From NCBI GenBank assembly GCA_037442085.1, contig JBBIQY010000005.1:715-64714 (forward strand): DNA of 64,000 nt. The letters run 5' to 3'. The notes beneath the pieces are model-generated. The model saw only the letters and a program-made list of their open reading frames with translations. It ran no database searches and was not told the DNA's origin. The translations under genes and the position numbers were made by a program. The stretch comes from Anaerolineae bacterium (GTDB taxonomy: Bacteria; Chloroflexota; Anaerolineae; Anaerolineales; UBA6663). Each line of letters opens with the position of its first letter. Within the stretch, counting starts at the first letter, position 1. Shown here one piece after another: positions 27,542 through 38,913 of this stretch.

Positions 27542-28783
27542 ATGGACATTGAAACCGCCAACGCCACCGCCCTCGACCGAATGATGTCGGCCCGACCTGT
27601 GCTCACCGGTCTGGCGCCGGCACGCGCCGTGATCCCCGGCATGCGCGATAACCTCCTGCTGCACGCCGGCCCGCCGATTGAGTGGGCGCGCATGTCCGGC
27701 CCATTGCGCGGGGCCATCATCGGCGCGCTACTGTTCGAGGGCCTGGCCCAGGACGAGGCGCAGGCGGTTGCGCTGGCCGAACGCGGCGAGGTACAGTTTG
27801 CGCCCTGCCATGAACACAACACCGTCGGCCCGATGGCAGGCGTGACCTCGGCTTCGATGCTGGTGCACGTGGTCGAGAACGTGACGCATGGCAACACGGC
27901 TTATTGCAACCTGAACGAGGGCCTAGGCAAGGTGCTGCGCTACGGCGCGTATAGCGAGGAAGTGCTCAGGCGCCTGCGCTGGCTGAACAACACCCTTGGC
28001 CCGGTGGTGGCCGAAGCGCTGGCACTGAGCGGGGGCCTCGACCTGCGCGCGCTGATCGCTGAGGCGCTGCACATGGGCGATGAGGGCCATAACCGCAACC
28101 GCGCCACCACCCTGATCTTTTTGCGCAACCTGGCGCCCTTTATCATCCGCGCCACCGACGACCGCAGCCTCGCGGCAGAAGTGCTCAAGTTCATCGGCGA
28201 GAACCCCCTCTACGCGCTGAACGCCGTCATGGCAGCTTGCAAGGCGATATGTGACGCCGCCCATGGGATCGAGGGCTGCACGTTGGTGACGGCGATGACG
28301 CGCAACGGCACGGATTTCGGCATTCGCGTCAGCGGCCTGCCCGGCCGGTGGTTCACCGCGCCGGCGCAAATCCCCGTCGGCCTGTTCTTCCCCGGCTTCA
28401 CGCAGGAGGACGCTAACCCCGACATCGGCGACAGCGCCATCACCGAGACGGCAGGCATCGGCGGGTTCGCCATGGCGACGGCGCCGGCCATCGTTACCTT
28501 CGTTGGCGGGACGCCGAAGGATGCGCTGCACGCCACCCTGGAGATGTACGAGATCACAGCGGCGGAGCACAAGCACTTCACCATCCCATCGCTCGATTTT
28601 CGCGGCTCGCCCACCGGCATTGACATCCGCAAGGTCGTGGAGCTGGGCATCACGCCGCGTATCAACACCGGTATCGCGCATAAGAACGCCGGCGTGGGCC
28701 AGGTGGGCGCTGGCCTGGTGCGCCCGCCGCTGGAGATCTTCGAACAGGCCGTCCTGGCCTATGCTGAAACGTACGGCCTGTAG
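27542..28783 (+). CDS. DUF1116 (YlbE-like) protein
   Basis: 413 aa; immediately follows fdrA-like gene; sequence style of YlbE family (LLHAGPPIEW..., MTRNGTDFGI...). Confidence 0.65.
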   Translation: MDIETANATALDRMMSARPVLTGLAPARAVIPGMRDNLLLHAGPPIEWARMSGPLRGAIIGALLFEGLAQDEAQAVALAERGEVQFAPCHEHNTVGPMAGVTSASMLVHVVENVTHGNTAYCNLNEGLGKVLRYGAYSEEVLRRLRWLNNTLGPVVAEALALSGGLDLRALIAEALHMGDEGHNRNRATTLIFLRNLAPFIIRATDDRSLAAEVLKFIGENPLYALNAVMAACKAICDAAHGIEGCTLVTAMTRNGTDFGIRVSGLPGRWFTAPAQIPVGLFFPGFTQEDANPDIGDSAITETAGIGGFAMATAPAIVTFVGGTPKDALHATLEMYEITAAEHKHFTIPSLDFRGSPTGIDIRKVVELGITPRINTGIAHKNAGVGQVGAGLVRPPLEIFEQAVLAYAETYGL

Positions 28784-28971
28784 AATGACGTTTGTAACCA
28801 TCGTCGAGGCGCCGCAGGATGACGGACCGTTCGGCGCGCGGCATCGGCGAGCACAAGTCCGTCTGGAAGCGCCGCCCTTCACCGCCGAGAAAGTGTACTG
28901 GGCGCTGAGGGAGGCCGATTTAGCGAAGCAGGGGCAGCATCTGGCTCGCCCCTCCCTGGGGAGATGTGACT

Positions 28972-29235
28972 ATGTCCGACTCTCGTCTTCATACTCTGCT
29001 CGAAGAACTGCGTCAGGAGCTGCAACGCGCGCCGGCGCTGGAAGCCGATGAGCGCGACATGCTCAACCAACTGGTGCGTGATATCCAGACGTTGCTGGCC
29101 GCCGAAACGCCGGATCGGGACGAGTCCGTGCTCGGCCGGCTCGACGACGCCATCAAGCAGTTCGAAGTCTCGCATCCCATCCTGACCCGCGCCCTGAGCC
29201 AGTTGTTCAACTCACTCAGCCAGGGCGGCGTCTAG
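28972..29235 (+). CDS. DUF4404-like small helical protein
   Basis: ATG 28972 (track GTG 28966) after GGGGAGA; LHTLLEELRQELQR...IKQFEVSHPILT... Confidence 0.6.
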   Translation: MSDSRLHTLLEELRQELQRAPALEADERDMLNQLVRDIQTLLAAETPDRDESVLGRLDDAIKQFEVSHPILTRALSQLFNSLSQGGV

Positions 29236-29278
29236 TCATCGGTCGTCAATCTCCAATCCCTTTTTCAAAGGACTTCCC

Positions 29279-30154
29279 ATGAAAGTCATTGACCTCACCA
29301 TCCCGCTCGGCATCGGCACGCCCGCCTGGCCCACCTACGAACCGCTGCAAATCAAATACTTCAAACGCCTTGCCCCGAACGGCGCCAATGGCCAGGTGTT
29401 GACGCATTCGAATCATCTGGGCACGCATCTGGACGGCGAGATCCACTTCTACACACCGGGCCGCGACATGGCCGAGTTGCCGCTGGACTACCTGGTGCAC
29501 GAGGGCGCGATCGTAGACCTGAGCGACGCCTGCGGTGACTATGATGTCTATACGAGCCGGATGATCGAGGAGCGGGTAGAGGTCCGGGAGGGCGACATCC
29601 TCATCATCCACACCGGCTATCACCACTTCGGCTGGGACCAGCCGACGGCGGATGAGATCCGTTACATGGTCAAGCATCCGGGGCCGGACCGCGAATTCGC
29701 CGAGTGGTGTAAAGCCAAGAAGCTGCGCTGGTTGGCGGTGGATTGCGGCAGCGCCGATCACCCGATGAATACCATCATCCGCGACTGGATGCCGCGCCAG
29801 GCCCGCCAGGCCGAGAAGCACTTTCAGAAGACGTTCGGCAAGTCGCTGGCCGAATTTTTCGATGACACGAAGTATCAGCTCATGCACCTCGAGCTGTTCC
29901 CCTTCGGCATCATTCATGCCGAGTGCGTGGGCGGCGATATTGACCTGCTGCTCAATCGCCGCGCGACCATCGGCTTCTTTCCCTGGCGCTTCGTGGACGG
30001 CGAGGCCAGCATCGGGCGCTGCGTGGCCTTCGTGGACGACGCCGAGTACCAGGCGTTGATGGCGAAGAAGGCGGCCCTGCCCAAGACCAAACATGGCGAC
30101 TGTTATGACCCGGCGCACGTGGCGCGCTTGAACGCCAGGAGCAGAAGCGCTTAG
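29279..30154 (+). CDS. Cyclase-family protein (kynurenine formamidase-like metal hydrolase)
   Basis: 291 aa; HLGTHLDGEIHF (HxGTHxD) motif. Confidence 0.75.
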   Translation: MKVIDLTIPLGIGTPAWPTYEPLQIKYFKRLAPNGANGQVLTHSNHLGTHLDGEIHFYTPGRDMAELPLDYLVHEGAIVDLSDACGDYDVYTSRMIEERVEVREGDILIIHTGYHHFGWDQPTADEIRYMVKHPGPDREFAEWCKAKKLRWLAVDCGSADHPMNTIIRDWMPRQARQAEKHFQKTFGKSLAEFFDDTKYQLMHLELFPFGIIHAECVGGDIDLLLNRRATIGFFPWRFVDGEASIGRCVAFVDDAEYQALMAKKAALPKTKHGDCYDPAHVARLNARSRSA

Positions 30155-30336
30155 CCGACCTGGCCGCCAGCGCGACCCCTTGACTGCTGCACAAATACCG
30201 TCCGTTCAAAATTGTAAGAACCTACTAACCCACTTGGGCCGCTGGAAAATGGCCCTCGCGTGGGGCGACGCGCGGTCAGTGCGTTTCTAAACTTTTGACA
30301 GCTCCAGCCAGGTTGTCCAAAGAAAACGCGCCGACC

Positions 30337-34968
<4,632 letters not shown>

Positions 34969-35008
34969 TCAGCGGGCGCATCAGCCGGCGTGTGCCCATA
35001 ATGTTCCG

Positions 35009-35109
35009 GTGTGCACGCAAAAGATGTCAGTGACAGCCGCATCCTGAGCGGAGCGGGCTGCTTTTGCCCGCGCAGTCGAAGGAGCGGCTGACAACCTTTG
35101 CGTGCACAC
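35009..35109. repeat. Nested long inverted repeat between gltB and the tRNA-Asp promoter
   Basis: 13-bp perfect outer arms GTGTGCACGCAAA (35009-21) / TTTGCGTGCACAC (35097-109); inner GCGGGC/GCCCGC hairpin 35053-71; flanked by direct ATGTTCCG(G)TGT repeats. Confidence 0.7.
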
Positions 35110-35124
35110 ATGTTCCGTGTTGCA

Positions 35125-35153
35125 TTGACGCTCAGAGTCGCGTGTGGTATAGT
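35125..35153 (+). promoter_or_regulatory. Promoter of tRNA-Asp
   Basis: TTGACG (35125-30), 17 nt, TGgTATAGT (extended -10, 35145-53). Confidence 0.65.
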
Positions 35154-35198
35154 CTCGCGCGCTGTCAGTGGGTGCTGAAAGCAAGCGAAACCGCAATT

Positions 35199-35273
35199 GG
35201 ACCCGTGGTGTAGCTGGCCCAACACGCGGCCCTGTCAAGGCCGAGAACGCGGGTTCGAATCCCGTCGGGTCCG
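35199..35273 (+). tRNA. tRNA-Asp (anticodon GTC)
   Basis: Hand-folded cloverleaf: acceptor GGACCCG/CGGGTCC, anticodon loop CT-GTC-AA, T loop TTCGAAT; CCA not encoded. Confidence 0.9.
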
Positions 35274-35348
35274 CAGTCAACAAACAATTGTGATGGAGAT
35301 AGAGCTGAGGGCGGGTTGTCTAGCCTATCGTGCTTCACTCCAGACAAA

Positions 35349-35382
35349 GGCTCTTTCGAGCAGCGCTCGAAAGAGCCTTTTT
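35349..35382 (+). terminator. Intrinsic terminator after tRNA-Asp (A tract upstream, possibly bidirectional)
   Basis: 13-bp stem GGCTCTTTCGAGC/GCTCGAAAGAGCC followed by TTTTT. Confidence 0.8.
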
Positions 35383-35694
35383 CGTCGCCCCGTGTGGCGC
35401 GCTGATTTGGACGAGGCCGCCGGCTTTGATCGAGTCGGAGATCCGCCAATTCAAGACTATCGCTATCCCAATTCTTTGTGATGTTTGGCCGCCGCGTGCG
35501 TGATAAACGAGGCTGTTTCGAGAATAGGGGCTGACCCACAATCAATAAGTAGCTCCGTAATCTCCGTTTCTAAGTCAAGGACCGACCTGATGTTGACGGA
35601 GAGCGGCCCCGCCTGAAGGAGGCGGCATGTAACGTCGGTTGCCGACAGCGGGTAGGAAGGGTAACGGTGTCTCGGCCGAAACAGGAGGTGGTGT

Positions 35695-35883
35695 ATGATA
35701 CATCTTGAATTGACCGAAGAGGAGCAGCATCTTCTAGCCGACGTGCTCGACACCAACATCGGCGAGCTGCGGCTGGAGATCGCCAACACCGACAACGCCG
35801 AATACCGGGAGATGCTGAAACAGCGTGAGCGCGTGCTCCGCCGGCTACTGGCTGAGCTGCAATCTGCGCCGATTACGGTTTAG
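35695..35883 (+). CDS. Hypothetical small helical protein (62 aa)
   Basis: Strong RBS ACAGGAGGTGGTGT-ATG; MIHLELTEEEQHLLADVLDTNIGELRLEIANTD...; no family recognised. Confidence 0.6.
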   Translation: MIHLELTEEEQHLLADVLDTNIGELRLEIANTDNAEYREMLKQRERVLRRLLAELQSAPITV

Positions 35884-35972
35884 GCGCCGGTCGGGCGACC
35901 GGCGCTCAGGAGATGCACAGTCTCTGACCCGGCCAAACAGCGCGCGACCGGTTGGTGGACTGGAGGTGTGCC

Positions 35973-36293
35973 ATGACCGATCGAAATCTTGCCCCGCCGG
36001 CGAGCAGGGACCCACATGCCCTGTTGGAGCAGGCCTTCGTTGCCGAATACCTTGCCGATCACGGGTACCGACTGGATGAGTTGGCGGATTTGCCGCGCGA
36101 GCAGGCTAGGGCGCTGATGGCGGAGGCGTCCCGCTATGCGGCCCGACTACAGCCATCATCTCGTCGCTGGTCACCGGCTAGGGCGCTGATGGCGGAGGCG
36201 TCCCGCTATGCCTCGGCCCGACTCGCCGAAGTCGAAGCACGGGCGCACTTCGTCGAGGACATTGACGAGGGCCGCCGGCGCCGGCAGCGGTGA
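35973..36293 (+). CDS. Hypothetical small protein (106 aa) carrying an internal 36-bp perfect duplication
   Basis: ATG 35973 after GGAGGTG; ARALMAEASRYA encoded twice (36104-36139 and 36176-36211). Confidence 0.55.
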   Translation: MTDRNLAPPASRDPHALLEQAFVAEYLADHGYRLDELADLPREQARALMAEASRYAARLQPSSRRWSPARALMAEASRYASARLAEVEARAHFVEDIDEGRRRRQR

Positions 36294-36341
36294 GGCCGTG
36301 AGCAGCCGGGGATCGTCAGCCGCTGCGTCTGACTAAACTCT

Positions 36342-37193
36342 ATGGCCAAGATCGCCGTCGTCACCGATAGTGCTGCCTGTGTGCCGGCTGCGCTCAAGAA
36401 ACAGTTGGGCATCTATGAAGTCCCGTTCGAACTGAACTGGGACGGGGTCGTCTATCGCGACGACGAAGACTTTCAGCCGGCGGAGTTCTACGGCCGGTTT
36501 CGCCGGGCGCACACCTCCCACCCAACGACCTCGCAGCCGCCGCTCGGCGCCTTCGCCACGCTGTACGACCGGCTCAGCCAGGCCTATGACGGCATCGTCT
36601 CCATCCATGTCGCCGCCAAGTTGTCCGGCACGGTGGCGACGGCGCAACTCGCTGCCGAGCAACTTTCACGGACGCCTATCAAGATCTTGGATTCGGGCAC
36701 GGCGACGATTGCCGAGGGCTTTGTGGTGTTGGCCGCGGCCCGGGCCGCCGCCGGCGGCGCTTCGCTGGAGGAGGTGGTGGCGGCCGCGGAACGTGTCCGG
36801 GACCGGGTTGATTTTTTTGCGACGCTCAAGACCCTCGAACAGGTGCATCGCGGCGGGCGGCTGGGCGAGGCCGCGCGGCTGCTCGGCACACAACTGGGCA
36901 TCTCGCCGGTTCTGAATCTCAGGGAAGGCGCGGTCAGCATCGTGTGCCTGACGCGCACCTGGAAAAACGCGCTCAAGCAAATCGTCGAGTTGGCGGCGGA
37001 GCGAATGCACGGCAAACAGGCTGTCCATGCCTCCGTCTTTCACGCGGACGCGCTGGCCGACGCCGAATGGTTGCGCGTCCAGTTTCTGGAGCGCGTGCCG
37101 TGCATCGAGTTCTATCTGACCGAGTTCACGCCGGTGATGGGTGCGCACACCGGTCCGGATGTGGTTGGGTTGGCGTTTTATGCTGACGATTGA
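36342..37193 (+). CDS. DegV-family fatty-acid-binding protein (FakB-like)
   Basis: 283 aa; IAVVTDSAACVP...TSQPPLGAF...; DegV fold signature. Confidence 0.85.
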   Translation: MAKIAVVTDSAACVPAALKKQLGIYEVPFELNWDGVVYRDDEDFQPAEFYGRFRRAHTSHPTTSQPPLGAFATLYDRLSQAYDGIVSIHVAAKLSGTVATAQLAAEQLSRTPIKILDSGTATIAEGFVVLAAARAAAGGASLEEVVAAAERVRDRVDFFATLKTLEQVHRGGRLGEAARLLGTQLGISPVLNLREGAVSIVCLTRTWKNALKQIVELAAERMHGKQAVHASVFHADALADAEWLRVQFLERVPCIEFYLTEFTPVMGAHTGPDVVGLAFYADD

Positions 37194-37842
37194 AACTCTT
37201 CTGCTCTGTCTGGGCGCTTATCTGTGGGGTTCGCTGTCCCCCTCCTACTTCATCGCGCGCTGGCGCTGGGACATTGACCTGCGCCGCTACGGCAGCGGCA
37301 ACGTCGGCAGCACAAACCTTGGCGAGCAGCTCGGTCTTGCATGGAAACTGGCTGCCGGCCTGGCCGATGTCCTCAAGGGCCTGGCGCCGCCGCTGGTGGC
37401 GCGTTGGCTGGGCTTCGACCTCACGACCGTCGTCCTGGCCGGCCTCGCCACCCTGGTCGGCCACAACTGGTCACTGTACCTGGGCTTCAAAGGTGGACGT
37501 GGCATTGCCGTGACTTTAGGGGTCTTGTGTATCTGGGAGTTCCGGCTGGTGCTCTTTCTGCTGGTCTGCTTCGCGCTGCCGCACGTGCTGGGCTGGGGCG
37601 GCCTGATCTCGATGGTGGCCCTGGCGCTGCTTGCGCCCGCCGCTTGGAGTCTGCAGGCCCCTCTCCCCGTGATCGCCGGCAGCGCGCTGATTGCAGCGCT
37701 TGTGGCGCTCAAGCGCCTGGAGGCCAACCGGCTGCCGTTGCCGGTGGATTTGAAGGAGAGGCTTGCCGTCCTCTGGCGCCGGCTCTGGCTCGACCGCGAT
37801 GTGCCGCCGGATCAGCCCTGGGAGAAACGCGGTCGCTTCTAG
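37180..37842 (+). CDS. plsY: Glycerol-3-phosphate acyltransferase PlsY
   Basis: Trimmed to ATG 37180 (14-nt overlap with degV); YGSGNVGSTN motif, polytopic. Confidence 0.85.
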   Translation: MLTIETLLLCLGAYLWGSLSPSYFIARWRWDIDLRRYGSGNVGSTNLGEQLGLAWKLAAGLADVLKGLAPPLVARWLGFDLTTVVLAGLATLVGHNWSLYLGFKGGRGIAVTLGVLCIWEFRLVLFLLVCFALPHVLGWGGLISMVALALLAPAAWSLQAPLPVIAGSALIAALVALKRLEANRLPLPVDLKERLAVLWRRLWLDRDVPPDQPWEKRGRF

Positions 37843-37861
37843 CGCCGCTCAGGAGCGCTGC

Positions 37862-38596
37862 TCATGATCTGAGCGTGTTCGCGATCAAGGCGGTGACACA
37901 GGGGTTGACCCAGTAATTGGCGTGCGCCTCGAACAGGCCGCCGGTCTCGACCCGCACATCCTGAATCGGAAACTCGGGAAACACTGTCGCGATCGGGGCG
38001 GCAATGGGGTCGCCGGGCGCATACACGTTGAGCCACTGGCGAACGGTGTGCGGGCTGATCGCGCCGAGCTCGCGTCGCCGCTGCCCGGCATAGACGAGCG
38101 TGCGCAGGGGGCAGCCAATGGTGATCCAGGCCGCCAGGCGGTAGCGGTCGGCCTCGGCGCGCAAGACATCGAAGGCGATCACCGAGCCTAAGCTCTCGCT
38201 GACCAGGACGACCTCCTGCTTCAGATGAGTCAATTCGGCCAGCGTCTGTCGCAGCCGGTGGCGGATGGCTTCGCGCTGCCGGGTGGGAATGAAGTAAGCG
38301 GCAACGCCGGCCAGGCCGTTGACGAAGTGGTGTGCTCCATCGGAGATGCGCCGAACCAGGCGCGGCGAGCGCCGGGCCGGGCGGCCGGTGAAGCGCAGAG
38401 CCAGGCTGTGGAGCCGAGCCGTTACCCGGTCGCGGAAGGCGGGTAGTTGAGCGCCGGCGTCCATCAGGTCACCCCACCAGACTGGGCGCACCAGCGGTTG
38501 ACGATCCAGATGCTGAGCGAGGGCAGATTGTTGTGCGACCCAAAAGTCGTGTTTGAAACAGCCGACGCCGTGGATGGTGACGAGCGTGTGTTTCAT
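37862..38596 (-). CDS. Alpha/beta-hydrolase-like protein, function unknown
   Basis: ATG 38596 (track TTG 38608), AAGGAG upstream; VTIHGVG..., nucleophile-elbow-like VSESLGS. Confidence 0.55.
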   Translation of the reverse strand: MKHTLVTIHGVGCFKHDFWVAQQSALAQHLDRQPLVRPVWWGDLMDAGAQLPAFRDRVTARLHSLALRFTGRPARRSPRLVRRISDGAHHFVNGLAGVAAYFIPTRQREAIRHRLRQTLAELTHLKQEVVLVSESLGSVIAFDVLRAEADRYRLAAWITIGCPLRTLVYAGQRRRELGAISPHTVRQWLNVYAPGDPIAAPIATVFPEFPIQDVRVETGGLFEAHANYWVNPCVTALIANTLRS

Positions 38597-38779
38597 CTGC
38601 TGCGGCAACTCCTTGTCCTAGGTCTACAGGACAATAACTTCTAGCAAAGACGCTTTAGCAAGAGATGAGTGAACCGAGAGGCTGGGGCCGGGGCGACTAC
38701 ATGGCTATTGCCCGCGCTCACGCGCCCTCCGGAACCTGTGCCTTCACCCAATGTTCACGCATCCTTTATCCTGCCTCCT

Positions 38780-38808
38780 TTGACAGCATCCCCGTAATCG
38801 CTTATATC
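38780..38808 (+). promoter_or_regulatory. Candidate promoter for the 38914 gene
   Basis: TTGACA (38780-85), 17 nt, TATATC (38803-08) in a lower-GC 300-nt divergent spacer. Confidence 0.4.
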
Positions 38809-38913
38809 CTTCGCAGGTATATCACCTCAAACTCCACAGCTTCATCACCAGAGCCGGGAGATTTCTGACCTTAGTTGGCAGATAGGTCAGGCGCCCGAAG
38901 CATCCTTCTTTGC

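Noticed and set aside
25759-27897. 712-aa minus-strand ORF. Similar long antisense ORFs lie at 56155-58326, 32989-34821, 5082-6653, 3218-4357, 7453-8487, 42387-43775 (plus strand), 49723-51141 and 54015-55523.
   Set aside because: All overlap well-supported genes on the opposite strand (fdrA-like, permeases, gltB, ribosomal proteins, rhodanese, GH-A/cca, binding protein). Their low-complexity Arg/Ala/Gly composition is typical of GC-driven artefacts.
36104-36211. Two identical 36-bp repeats separated by 36 bp, which is CRISPR-like spacing
   Set aside because: There are only two copies, inside an SD-led ORF and exactly in frame (72-nt offset). There is no leader, no cas genes and no further repeats, so I interpret it as an internal gene duplication.
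36334-36339. TAAACT box upstream of degV as another leaderless promoter
   Set aside because: It lies only 2 nt from ATG 36342, too close for a transcription start at or before the start codon.
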